From a virus (lineage: Duplodnaviria > Caudoviricetes), in IMG/VR virus record IMGVR_UViG_3300048893_000093, positions 1 to 51,656 of that record: 51,656 nucleotides of DNA; one strand, written 5' to 3'. The notes under the pieces were generated by a model. It had not been told where the DNA came from. It ran no database searches and saw only the letters and a program-made list of their open reading frames with translations. The translations under genes were made by a program, and so were the position numbers. This document shows positions 18,741 through 27,830 of this stretch, one piece after another; the stretch's first letter is position 1; each line of letters starts with the position of its first letter.

Positions 18741-19265
18741 ATGAAACTATCCTACATAATTATTTTTTTAACCGCTTTCGGCTGCACATCCCTTCACAAA
18801 ACAACGACCGAAAACAAAACAACTGAGGAAAAGAAGACCGAAACAGTAACGGCCACAACCAGGACTATAACAGAGACCTTTAACCAGCCGGTGACCGTAA
18901 AAGCGGATACGTTAATGTCAGTTGAAACCCTTAGTGAATTGGAGAAAGACGGCGGTTATGTCGCAGAAGATGACAAAGAAAAGGTTAAGATAAATTACAA
19001 TAAAAAAGAGGGTAAATTCACAATAGAAGCCATTAAAAAGCCTGAAGTTGTCCAAATGCCCGGAAATCGCCAAATTATCGAATCTGAGCATAGCAATGTA
19101 AAAGAGGACGACAAGGTTAAGAAGGATGACAAAGTAACAGTGAAGGAACGGCAGGGGCTTGTAATACCATTTAATCCTAATTGGCTATGGGCACTTTTTA
19201 TCCCGGCAGGATTGATCTGGTTTTTTGTTTGGATGAGGAAAAAGGATCAGGAGAAGAAGGTTTAG
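18741..19265 (+). CDS. Unimolecular spanin-like lipoprotein
   Basis: Lipobox AFG-C at residue 15 and C-terminal TM WLWALFIPAGLIWFFVWM followed by RKK; end of lysis module. Confidence 0.65.
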   Translation: MKLSYIIIFLTAFGCTSLHKTTTENKTTEEKKTETVTATTRTITETFNQPVTVKADTLMSVETLSELEKDGGYVAEDDKEKVKINYNKKEGKFTIEAIKKPEVVQMPGNRQIIESEHSNVKEDDKVKKDDKVTVKERQGLVIPFNPNWLWALFIPAGLIWFFVWMRKKDQEKKV

Positions 19266-19540
19266 TTTTTACTCAATTTTCCCCACCGATTCCGCATCGT
19301 CTGGCATAGGTCGTCGTCCGATTCCTTGTCTACAACGAATATAAAGCAGTTTGCCGCTTCGCAAAGCATTAGCAGGTTGTCAAGTGTCGGTGGGTATTTT
19401 GCAGCCAACATTCGGCTTACATTCGATTCCTGCCAGCCGTTCTTATCAGCTATCATCTTATGGGTGATGCCCTGTTCTTGCATTCGCTCTCGGATATAAT
19501 CTAGCAACAATCGTCGCGCTGTTTCTATTTTTTTACTCAT
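19262..19540 (-). CDS. XRE-family HTH transcriptional regulator
   Basis: Probable start 19540; GITHKMIADKNGWQESNVSRML...PTLDNL HTH. Confidence 0.8.
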   Translation of the reverse strand: MSKKIETARRLLLDYIRERMQEQGITHKMIADKNGWQESNVSRMLAAKYPPTLDNLLMLCEAANCFIFVVDKESDDDLCQTMRNRWGKLSKN

Positions 19541-19545
19541 AATGA

Positions 19546-19565
19546 AAAAAGGCCCCGAAGGGCCG
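19546..19565 (-). terminator. Terminator hairpin (minus strand)
   Basis: GGCCC-TTCG-GGGCC followed by T run on minus strand. Confidence 0.6.
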
Positions 19566-19574
19566 TTAAGGTTA

Positions 19575-19928
19575 TTATTTTGGTGTATTTTTTCCGCCTG
19601 AAAAACAATATAATTTTTGAATAAAAACTTCCCCTGTTTTTTCATCAATTCCAAGAAATTCAGAATGGTATATACGTTGTTTGCGTTGTCCGTAGTAATC
19701 TGACCAGTTTACAATTTCACCGCTTGAATTAAATGGGCCGTAATTTACAAACTGAGAATTTCCGTGTCCGTTTACTTCGCAGAAATCTACTTTTGATTTT
19801 TTAATTTTGTCCTGATTTTCATTTAAGAAGTTTACGATTTCTTGTTCCATTTCTTCGATAGTTTCAAAAGAAGCGTTATCAAAATCGTAACCTAATTTGA
19901 TTGCTGTTGTAATGGTTAAATTTTTCAT
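19575..19928 (-). CDS. Hypothetical early protein
   Basis: Probable start 19928 (MKNLT), downstream of a TATATTTG box. Confidence 0.6.
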   Translation of the reverse strand: MKNLTITTAIKLGYDFDNASFETIEEMEQEIVNFLNENQDKIKKSKVDFCEVNGHGNSQFVNYGPFNSSGEIVNWSDYYGQRKQRIYHSEFLGIDEKTGEVFIQKLYCFSGGKNTPK

Positions 19929-20053
19929 TTTCTTTAGCCGCTGTTTCGGGTTGCCGCCCCTTTTTTGATTTGGCTTAATTGCCTGTACAAATATACGAAC
20001 TATTTTTACACATAACAAATATGATATGTTAAATCTTTTGTTAAAATTGTTAA

Positions 20054-20254
20054 TTAACACTTGGTGGCTCCTTTTATTGCTTCTTTTGCCGCTATGGAAA
20101 GCCTTTTTTCAACGTAAGCCGTAATTTCAGGAATAAGCGAAATAGGCACCCTGAAAGATACTGTTTTGGTTGGTTCGCCGTATTTCTGAGTGCGCCCAGC
20201 ACCGGGACGCTTGCCGCCGTGGTTGGATTTAGCCGGGCGTTTTGAAGGTTTCAT
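20054..20254 (-). CDS. Small DNA-binding protein (HGGKRPGAGR + RHH-like)
   Basis: GG.R.GAGR motif then TVSFRVP strand-helix. Confidence 0.65.
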   Translation of the reverse strand: MKPSKRPAKSNHGGKRPGAGRTQKYGEPTKTVSFRVPISLIPEITAYVEKRLSIAAKEAIKGATKC

Positions 20255-20392
20255 TTAACCTCCATTTAAAAACGAAACGCGTTTGGCGGCAGATTCCCTA
20301 TCGTCGTGATCGCTTTCAGGATACCATTTTCCTTGTGGATCGTAATAGCCAACGGTGTATAAACCTGGCTCTGTTTCTTTATATACATACAT
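20255..20392 (-). CDS. 45-aa small phage protein (below ORF-track cutoff)
   Basis: Translated by hand: MYVYKETEPGLYTVGYYDPQGKWYPESDHDDRESAAKRVSFLNGG; abuts next gene. Confidence 0.65.
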   Translation of the reverse strand: MYVYKETEPGLYTVGYYDPQGKWYPESDHDDRESAAKRVSFLNGG

Positions 20393-20413
20393 GGTTTTAA
20401 TTTTTCTCACCCA

Positions 20414-20443
20414 AAAACCCCGGCCTTATTTCAGGGCCGGGGC
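20414..20443 (-). terminator. Terminator hairpin (minus strand)
   Basis: CCCCGGCC-loop-GGCCGGGG followed by TTTTT on minus strand. Confidence 0.65.
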
Positions 20444-20480
20444 TGAGGGCTTGCGATAACCTCGCAAGTTGAGCGCAAGG

Positions 20481-20669
20481 TTAATCTAATTCATCTAATT
20501 GCTTTTGGACTTTTTCGCTAAAATCATTAATAGTTTCCGTTAGTGATTTTGGTATAATTCCTTCGATGTGGCTGTATTTATTTATTGTTTCGTTAAGCGA
20601 AGCACATAGGCTAAGTGCTTCTTCAAGATCATTATAACTTGTCAATTTAATCCCGTTTTGTGTTTTCAT
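20481..20669 (-). CDS. Hypothetical protein
   Basis: 62-aa ORF between promoter-like sequence and terminator. Confidence 0.55.
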   Translation of the reverse strand: MKTQNGIKLTSYNDLEEALSLCASLNETINKYSHIEGIIPKSLTETINDFSEKVQKQLDELD

Positions 20670-20750
20670 TTTGCGAGGTTTTTTATCGTGGCTTTATTGC
20701 CACGGTGTAAAGATACAACATTAATTTTGATTATGCAAACTTTTTCAAGA

Positions 20751-20954
20751 TTATTTTGTTAAAATGGTAAAATTTAACATTTGGAAGTATAGGAAGCGGT
20801 TATTTGTGTTGTGACTTATCTGAATATTACCATTTTCATCTATTGTTCTATAATTAAAATTATCCGAACCTAGAGAAATCCAAGCCATGCGTTCATTTAA
20901 CCATTGGCCTACATTTACCCATTCTTTTCCGTTAAAATATTGTAGCGTTATCAT
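20751..20954 (-). CDS. Hypothetical protein
   Basis: 67-aa ORF in leftward early operon. Confidence 0.5.
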   Translation of the reverse strand: MITLQYFNGKEWVNVGQWLNERMAWISLGSDNFNYRTIDENGNIQISHNTNNRFLYFQMLNFTILTK

Positions 20955-20978
20955 TTTTTTAGTTGTTTTATTTTATCT

Positions 20979-21374
20979 CTAATCGTAGGTGAGTTCTTCG
21001 TGGGTTAAAGCGTGCCACAAATTTTGTAATTCATGGACTGATTCGCATTTTACGGAAATTACATAGGTTCCATTTCGGCAAATAGTAAATTCGTTGCTAT
21101 CTGACCACATTTGCATTGTAGTGGGTAATCCCTCTATATCTTCTTTTAAAAACCGGCTCCAAACATTACTATTCCGTTCAAACCCAAATTTAACCAGCCA
21201 ATCTTCGGTGAGAGGGATTCCTGATAAATAACCAATATCAATAGGTTGGGAGCCTTTGAAATCTGGAAAGTCGTGCGCATAAACCGAATCATTATTAATT
21301 GATTCTATTTGCATTATAGAACTCCATCCGATTGCATTGACCAGGTTGCCCCGTCTTAATTCTTCTGCTTTCAT
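20979..21374 (-). CDS. Hypothetical Bacteroidota-phage-type protein
   Basis: ELR.GN.V, IPLTE.WL.KFGF and VHELQNL motifs. Confidence 0.7.
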   Translation of the reverse strand: MKAEELRRGNLVNAIGWSSIMQIESINNDSVYAHDFPDFKGSQPIDIGYLSGIPLTEDWLVKFGFERNSNVWSRFLKEDIEGLPTTMQMWSDSNEFTICRNGTYVISVKCESVHELQNLWHALTHEELTYD

Positions 21375-21390
21375 ATCATTTTAATTTTAG

Positions 21391-21597
21391 TTATTCCCAC
21401 TCCGGCAAATTATCTATTTGCTTCTGAGTTAGTTTTTTCTCAACTCTTATTATAAAATCTAATGGCAAATCGCTTTCATCAATTGCCTCTATTTCGCTTT
21501 CTAACGACTGAGTGGCTTGCTCCATAGATGTGCAAATCAAATCCGGGCCACCGCCGTAATCCACAACGGTATAAGTTATTATTTTTTCTGTTGCCAT
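21391..21597 (-). CDS. Hypothetical acidic protein
   Basis: 68-aa ORF in operon. Confidence 0.55.
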   Translation of the reverse strand: MATEKIITYTVVDYGGGPDLICTSMEQATQSLESEIEAIDESDLPLDFIIRVEKKLTQKQIDNLPEWE

Positions 21598-21675
21598 AAT
21601 ATATTGTTTTTAGTTTGTTTCAAATCGCACCAACCGTTTGGGATTCTTCGCACCCCAATAATACCTTTAGCTGTT

Positions 21676-21852
21676 TCACTTCTCCAATCCCCTTCCTTGC
21701 TTTACCCGCTTAGGATATTTTGTCCGGCTATCTATTAGTCGTTTGCCGTATTTTTTTACAAATTTTAATTGACCAACCCTGAGTTGGTATTCCACCGTCT
21801 TCACTGATTTACCAGACTGATCCGCGTATTCTTCTAAAGTTAATAATGACAT
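21676..21852 (-). CDS. 58-aa excisionase/AlpA-like winged-HTH protein (below ORF-track cutoff)
   Basis: Translated by hand: MSLLTLEEYADQSGKSVKTVEYQLRVGQLKFVKKYGKRLIDSRTKYPKRVKQGRGLEK; TATATTTG box upstream. Confidence 0.65.
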   Translation of the reverse strand: MSLLTLEEYADQSGKSVKTVEYQLRVGQLKFVKKYGKRLIDSRTKYPKRVKQGRGLEK

Positions 21853-21859
21853 TTGAGAT

Positions 21860-22030
21860 AAGTTTTATTCGACAAATATAATGTATCTTTATCTAATGTG
21901 GTGAAATTTAACAAAAAAAATAATTGTATTGATGTAAAAAAAATAATCATATTGAGCCTCAATGGTTTAACCAAATCAACTCAATTTACCTATTGACATT
22001 CCCAAATTAACCCGTATATTTGTCGGCACA
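21860..22030. promoter_or_regulatory. Divergent early control region
   Basis: TATATTTGTCG on minus strand near 21870 and on plus strand near 22016, separating leftward and rightward operons. Confidence 0.6.
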
Positions 22031-22061
22031 CATCAGGTGAAAGATGGGTGCTTAAAAATAA

Positions 22062-22520
22062 ATGAGGATGAAACAAAGTATTTTAAAAGATTGGGTTATT
22101 GAACTTGGCTTACGTCACCAGGGAGTATTGTTAGGTGCAATCAGGGGTTGTGACACCGTTCCAAAAGAAGACCCCGCTAAACATTTAGTAAGATGTCTTC
22201 GCGCAGAAATATTAAATGCCCATTGTGGAGATGCTGGAAAGGCAAAAACATTCATGGAAGGAGTAAGTGACTATGAATTACAGGGAAGAATGGATGTTTT
22301 TTTTAAGTATGGATTTGACCATTACCCTAATCATTATGTTATACACTTTCTTCATGCGGCTGAGATATTAGGCTATAAGCTTGACATAGAAAGTCGTCGT
22401 CTTATTTGGCTTGATTTTTATTTAAAGTTCTGTAAAAAATTACATCTAAGGCACGAATCAGTGCAAATGCTTGATGAGCGCCTTAATAAAAACGAAAAGG
22501 AGTTTTTTGAATCACAATAA
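22062..22520 (+). CDS. Hypothetical phage protein
   Basis: 152-aa ORF, first gene of rightward operon. Confidence 0.65.
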   Translation: MRMKQSILKDWVIELGLRHQGVLLGAIRGCDTVPKEDPAKHLVRCLRAEILNAHCGDAGKAKTFMEGVSDYELQGRMDVFFKYGFDHYPNHYVIHFLHAAEILGYKLDIESRRLIWLDFYLKFCKKLHLRHESVQMLDERLNKNEKEFFESQ

Positions 22521-22583
22521 TTTTAATCCATGACCACAATACAAAACAAATCAGAGTTACGCGGAAATCAAAAATAAATAACC

Positions 22584-22823
22584 ATGAATTATAAAGAAAA
22601 AAAAGAGCTTTCATATTTTCCTGCAGGATTGGATGAAGCGATTATAAAAAAGTTTGGCAAAGTTACAAAAGCAAAAACAGAGTGGAATTTCATAACCGGA
22701 AAACATACTACTTTTTATAAAGCATCAGGCGAAAAAAAGAAACGCATTGAGATTTTTGTATCGGGTTTCATTGAAGGAAATCTTGAATTAGGTAAACGAC
22801 TTAACGCTATCTCAAACCCATGA
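22584..22823 (+). CDS. Hypothetical protein
   Basis: 79-aa ORF. Confidence 0.55.
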   Translation: MNYKEKKELSYFPAGLDEAIIKKFGKVTKAKTEWNFITGKHTTFYKASGEKKKRIEIFVSGFIEGNLELGKRLNAISNP

Positions 22824-23119
22824 CCATCCAAAATAAAGACCAGTTACGCGGGGCCATGCTTCAACTCATAACTATTTATAACGACAATGTTAAGGGGATT
22901 GAGGAGGGGAAAAATTTGATATTTACAATTCAGGAACATTGGAAGCGTGGCGCAAGATTAGTTGGTTTTCAGATTGAATTTCATTGGGGCGAAAAAGAAA
23001 AAAGTGATCCGGTAAACTGGCCAATTAACGCCGACCTCCGCGACCTGGAGCTACTCGTAAATCGCATCCTTGACCAAGTGACAGATTATAAACATAAAGA
23101 CATTTCGGAATTTAAATGA
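22820..23119 (+). CDS. Hypothetical protein
   Basis: 99-aa ORF with ATGA overlaps. Confidence 0.55.
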   Translation: MTIQNKDQLRGAMLQLITIYNDNVKGIEEGKNLIFTIQEHWKRGARLVGFQIEFHWGEKEKSDPVNWPINADLRDLELLVNRILDQVTDYKHKDISEFK

Positions 23120-23439
23120 CAACAGATGAAATAAATAATTTCAGGAAAGAATTTGCAAGTATTGTTTATGTAAGAAACTCAGTCAAAACGTATGCTTATA
23201 ACTTACGGAAACTTGAATCTTGGAATAAAAACGGAAGCCATGATAATGCGATAAAAAGATCATTATAAAATTTAGTTAAAGCAAAAGAAATTTTGCGCGG
23301 AAAACTGAAAGGTAAAAGTTATGATGAATGGCGCGATTTCAGTAAAAAACTTTCTTCGATAAATAGTAAAATGAATCGTTCTGTAAATGATGTAACTAAA
23401 CAAAAATGGCAATCCCAAATTAACAATCTTAATTTTTAA
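23116..23439 (+). pseudogene. 107-codon reading frame broken by one in-frame TAA (23266-23268)
   Basis: ATG overlaps previous stop; frame stays open after the TAA to 23439, just before the next gene. Confidence 0.55.
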
Positions 23440-23444
23440 AACCA

Positions 23445-23678
23445 ATGGAAACAGAAAACCTTAAAAACAATATAATTATGGATTCACAAATAATCGAAAA
23501 TATCCGAAAAGAAATTCTAACAGTCAATCAGAGGATTATTGATCGTGAAGCTGATAATGCCATGCATTTGGCCGCGATCTCAACCAACAAGTCGCTTAAT
23601 AAAGACGACCAGAAAATCATAAACCTATACAAGAGCCAGGTTGAATTGTTAAAGGCTCTTTCAACTCAAACCAAATAG
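23445..23678 (+). CDS. Hypothetical coiled-coil protein
   Basis: 77-aa ORF. Confidence 0.5.
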   Translation: METENLKNNIIMDSQIIENIRKEILTVNQRIIDREADNAMHLAAISTNKSLNKDDQKIINLYKSQVELLKALSTQTK

Positions 23679-23704
23679 CGGCGGCTAAAATATTCGCGTA
23701 AAAA

Positions 23705-24205
23705 ATGGCAAACGAAAATAAAACATTATGGAAAAAAAACCTTGATTCAAAATTCATATCAGGTGAAGATTTGAAACTAGGAGTAAAAGACCTTAAACCA
23801 GAAATGGTAGTGCAAATCGAAAAATTTGATGATGCCGAAACATTCGATCAAAACCAACAAGCCAAAAGAATCGTGACTGAATTATGGTTGCGTGAGGTTG
23901 GCGGCGAACGATTATATAAGCCGGTCATTCTAAACAAAACTAACGCGAAATTTTTTGTGAAAGAAACTGGCAGCGATTACGTTGATGATTGGGTGGGACG
24001 GCCTGTTATATTGTATGCGGTGAAAGACAGCCGCCATGGGCATGTGGTAAGATTTAAGTCATATATATTGCCTACCCTTGTAAATGGCTCCGACAATTTC
24101 AAAGCATGCCGGACTGCCTTAAAATCTGGTGGTTATACAATGGCACAAATCAAAATGAAATACCAGGTTTCGGAATCGGTTGAGAAACTTTTAATTTCGG
24201 AATAA
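23705..24205 (+). CDS. Putative ssDNA-binding/annealing recombination protein
   Basis: WKK..D..FI.GEDL, LNKTN and DDW.G..V.LY motifs; coupled to exonuclease. Confidence 0.55.
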   Translation: MANENKTLWKKNLDSKFISGEDLKLGVKDLKPEMVVQIEKFDDAETFDQNQQAKRIVTELWLREVGGERLYKPVILNKTNAKFFVKETGSDYVDDWVGRPVILYAVKDSRHGHVVRFKSYILPTLVNGSDNFKACRTALKSGGYTMAQIKMKYQVSESVEKLLISE

Positions 24206-24972
24206 TGACAATCGAAAACAACCGCCTGGATCAGGCTCCGAAATTATTTCGCATTCATTGCAGTCAAATCCATAAAATTATGGGGGATGTGGGGCTGACT
24301 GAAAATCAATTGCAGACAATGCATGAATTGCAAGCCAGAAAAGATGATTCGGGCGCAAAGCCACTGACCGCGAACATGGAATCGACCCTGTCCGATCTCA
24401 TCAATCGTTATAATAATCCTGATCTTCCGGTCGGGTGCCAGACTTTTCTTAAGGAATGGTACGCGGGGGATTACGAAGAAATCTATTCAAAATACACCAA
24501 CAAGGGTAATATTGTTGAACAAGATTGTATCGACTTTATGGCCCGTGTTTTGGGATTTGGTCTAGCTGATAAAAATAAAATTCAAATGTCGGATGAATTT
24601 CTTATTGGCGAATGTGATGTGGATTTTTTGGATTTGATTGTAGATGTAAAATCGCCATGGAATCGAAAAACGCTTCACGATGCAATCGGTGGCATTAACC
24701 CCGAACACGAATGGCAGGGGCGTGGCTATATGAGATTATATCGCAAACCACGATTCATTGTCTTTCACGGCCTAATGGACACCCCGGCGACCGATTACGA
24801 AGATGAGGTAATTTATTCCGATCTACCCGATAATGAACGGTGGATCGCTTATGAAATTGAACGAGACGAGGCAATAGAATCAAAAATAATTGGCCGTGTT
24901 TTGGAATGCCGGGAATGGCTGACGGAATATGATAAGCTGGTTAAAAGCAGGATGGGGAGGGTGTTGAGATGA
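24205..24972 (+). CDS. YqaJ / lambda-exonuclease-like PD-(D/E)XK nuclease
   Basis: KGN..E, GECD, DVKS and WQ.RGYM motifs. Confidence 0.8.
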   Translation: MTIENNRLDQAPKLFRIHCSQIHKIMGDVGLTENQLQTMHELQARKDDSGAKPLTANMESTLSDLINRYNNPDLPVGCQTFLKEWYAGDYEEIYSKYTNKGNIVEQDCIDFMARVLGFGLADKNKIQMSDEFLIGECDVDFLDLIVDVKSPWNRKTLHDAIGGINPEHEWQGRGYMRLYRKPRFIVFHGLMDTPATDYEDEVIYSDLPDNERWIAYEIERDEAIESKIIGRVLECREWLTEYDKLVKSRMGRVLR

Positions 24973-25205
24973 AAAGGGAAAGTGGGTATTATCATATAAG
25001 AATTGGCAATAAATGGACTATCGCATCATATAGAATGGCTGACAATGGCTTTCCGATTACGACAATGATTGATATTTTTCAAAGACCAATAAATGAATGG
25101 GAGCCTTTTCCAAGAATAGATTTTGGAGGTGGCCATTTCAGAATTAGCGAATATGAAATTACCGAAATCAACGAAACACGAATTAAAAACCCTGATGAGA
25201 AATGA
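24969..25205 (+). CDS. Hypothetical protein
   Basis: 78-aa ORF with ATGA overlap. Confidence 0.55.
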   Translation: MKRESGYYHIRIGNKWTIASYRMADNGFPITTMIDIFQRPINEWEPFPRIDFGGGHFRISEYEITEINETRIKNPDEK

Positions 25206-25371
25206 AAAAAGAAGATTACAAAATAATTCAGGATATACGTGAACGTCTGAAAAAAGGTGAACCAACAACTTTTCAGGAAAGAAATATTTTGAATATTTAT
25301 AATAAACGATTAAAAAAGAAAGACCGAGATGCTATTAAAGTTTTCAATTCATTAACTATAATCACTTATCA

Positions 25372-25641
25372 ATGAAATCACTATTCGACCTATCCGATGC
25401 CAACGCGCCACAGGTGCTAACGCTTATCCTGGCCTGTTACCTCATCATATTCATTTTAGGAATGTGGGGATATGTGATGGCTTATAAAAGGAAGCTAAAG
25501 AAAATGAAGGAATGTAAGCATTTGAAGTGGCAATATAAAACAGTTGCGCTTGATAGATCGGTTGGAATTGATTCGGGCGTTGACCACTCATCTATTGTTT
25601 GCACTGAATGTAAAAAAAGTTTGGGGGAGGTTAATTTTTAA
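25372..25641 (+). CDS. Hypothetical membrane protein with CxH...CxxC
   Basis: One TM segment plus Zn-ribbon-like residues. Confidence 0.5.
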   Translation: MKSLFDLSDANAPQVLTLILACYLIIFILGMWGYVMAYKRKLKKMKECKHLKWQYKTVALDRSVGIDSGVDHSSIVCTECKKSLGEVNF

Positions 25642-25807
25642 TAGGCATGAAAGAAATAATAATTAAATTCCATATTTTTTATGCTTGCATATTAATATTA
25701 TTTATAATAATTGGTTTTTTCATTGGGTTTGGTAAAGGTTTTTTTATGGGGGCGGCTTGCGTTTATTTTATGATTTTGGTAGGTATTTTAATGAGTTATA
25801 TTGATTT

Positions 25808-27301
25808 ATGATCTCCCTTCGCCCATACCAAATCCAGGCCGTGAATGATATTCGTGAAGCTTACCGTGAACATAATCGTATCTTATTGGTTATGCCGACT
25901 GGCTCTGGAAAAACCTGTACGTTCTCTTTTATTTGTGCGAGCGCGGTTGAAAGAGGTAAGCGTGTTTTAATTTTATCCGATCGCGTTGAGATTTTCGCAC
26001 AAACTTTGGTAGCAGTTTCAAAACACAAAATTCAGATTTGTAAAATTGATGCTGAAAATAAAATGGTAAGTCAAACCGCATTAGTCTACATGGCTATGGT
26101 AGAGACATTCAAGCGAAGACTGGAAAGGTACAAACACATAAAATTTGATCTGATAGTGATAGATGAAGCGCATAAAGCCGCTTTCAACAAAATAATGGAT
26201 GCTTATCCAAACACTAAAACATTAGGTTGTACTGCTACGCCGGTGGGGAAATCACTCCATAAATATTACACCAAACTCATTCAATCAATTGATATACCGG
26301 AATTAATTGAACAAGGCTATTTATCTCCTTGCCGTGGATTTCAAATGCAGGATAATTTCGACGACTTGGTTATTGACAAAACAGGTGAATTTTCGGATCA
26401 ATCACAATATGCACATTTCCATAAATCGAAACTGTATGAAGGTGTAATTGAGAAATGGATTGAAAAAGCGAAAGGAAAAAAGACGCTGATTTTTAACTGT
26501 AACATCGCTCATGCCATCCATACAACAGAAGCCTTTAATGCTGCCGGAATTCCATCTCGGTGCATTACTAGCGAAACAAGCAAACAGGAGCGTGAATGGA
26601 TATTGCACGAATATGATCGCGGTATGTTTTGCGTTTTGAATAATGCGAATATATTAATAGCAGGTTATGATAATCCTAGCATCGAAGTAATTATTATGAA
26701 CCGTGCAACAACAGCTATTAATGTTTGGTTACAAGCGGGTGGCCGTGGGAGTAGAATTTTTCCTGGTAAATCTGAATTTCTATTGATCGACTTTGGCGGT
26801 AATTTTTCGCGCCACGGACTTTGGAATGAACCCCGTAAATGGTCACTCGATCCTCCAAAAAAGCGCAACACGCTTGGTGCACCTGCCGTCAAGACATGTA
26901 AACAATGTGGCGCAATACAGGCCGCAGCAGTTCGTAAATGCGAATTTTGCGGATTCATCTGGGAAAAAACAGCCGCCGAATTGAAAGCAGGGCAACTGAT
27001 TGAGGTAAGCAATCAAATACGATCTGCAATACCAGGTAAATATATTTCGCAATGCACGGTGCCAGAGTTGATTGAATTGGAAAGGGCGAAAGTAATTAAA
27101 CCGGCTTATTGCTGGCGGATATTACGGGCCAGAGGAGCGCAGGATATTGGAGATTATGCTAGAATTAAGGGGTATAGGGACGCGTGGATAATAAGACAGA
27201 TCGAGGCACTTGAGGCGGAAGCTGGAACGGATAAAAATAAACGGATTCAATTTTTTGATAAGAAAATAAACCAGGTGCCATTAACGCCGGTTGGGATATG
27301 A
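25808..27301 (+). CDS. Superfamily II DEAH helicase (RadD/YejH-like) with C-terminal Zn finger
   Basis: PTGSGKT, DEAH, TATP, Q..GR.SR and CxxC...CxxC. Confidence 0.9.
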   Translation: MISLRPYQIQAVNDIREAYREHNRILLVMPTGSGKTCTFSFICASAVERGKRVLILSDRVEIFAQTLVAVSKHKIQICKIDAENKMVSQTALVYMAMVETFKRRLERYKHIKFDLIVIDEAHKAAFNKIMDAYPNTKTLGCTATPVGKSLHKYYTKLIQSIDIPELIEQGYLSPCRGFQMQDNFDDLVIDKTGEFSDQSQYAHFHKSKLYEGVIEKWIEKAKGKKTLIFNCNIAHAIHTTEAFNAAGIPSRCITSETSKQEREWILHEYDRGMFCVLNNANILIAGYDNPSIEVIIMNRATTAINVWLQAGGRGSRIFPGKSEFLLIDFGGNFSRHGLWNEPRKWSLDPPKKRNTLGAPAVKTCKQCGAIQAAAVRKCEFCGFIWEKTAAELKAGQLIEVSNQIRSAIPGKYISQCTVPELIELERAKVIKPAYCWRILRARGAQDIGDYARIKGYRDAWIIRQIEALEAEAGTDKNKRIQFFDKKINQVPLTPVGI

Positions 27302-27419
27302 AGAAAACAATTGAAAAAATAGTCAACACTTGGTATCAATCAGTAAATAACGATATTGATTTCATTGTGGAATTAGAGGATGTTTTACCGCAATATAAAT
27401 TCACATTTGATGGCGACAA

Positions 27420-27830
27420 ATGGATCATCGTATCGGAATTATGAAAACAATCCAAGATATAAACAACGAAATTGCATCAATCCAAAACGGCATTGAGCAA
27501 TTGAATGATGCTGCGCCAAACGAGATGCTTCTGTTTTCTGAGATGAAACAAAAATCCATTACAACACGAAATAAAAATAAAATCGCTGATCGAATAGAAT
27601 TTCTTTTGGCAGTTCGGCAAATATTGGAGATCAAACCATCAGAAGACTATTTGAAAGGCGAAATTTCACGGCTCAAAACACTCATTGCAAACTTATCGCA
27701 AATAACCGTTCCGCGCGATTTTTATCCAAAAGATTTTTCTGGAAACGCTATATTTTATTTTAATAAAAAAATGGGTATAACTGAAATGCGACAACAAATA
27801 AGAAATATTGAATTTATACTTGGGATATGA
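27420..27830 (+). CDS. Hypothetical protein
   Basis: 136-aa helical ORF (start may be 27441). Confidence 0.55.
   Translation: MDHRIGIMKTIQDINNEIASIQNGIEQLNDAAPNEMLLFSEMKQKSITTRNKNKIADRIEFLLAVRQILEIKPSEDYLKGEISRLKTLIANLSQITVPRDFYPKDFSGNAIFYFNKKMGITEMRQQIRNIEFILGI

Noticed and set aside
23266-23268. Stop-codon reassignment (alternative genetic code)
   Set aside because: All three stop codons terminate conserved genes normally and coding density is high under the standard code
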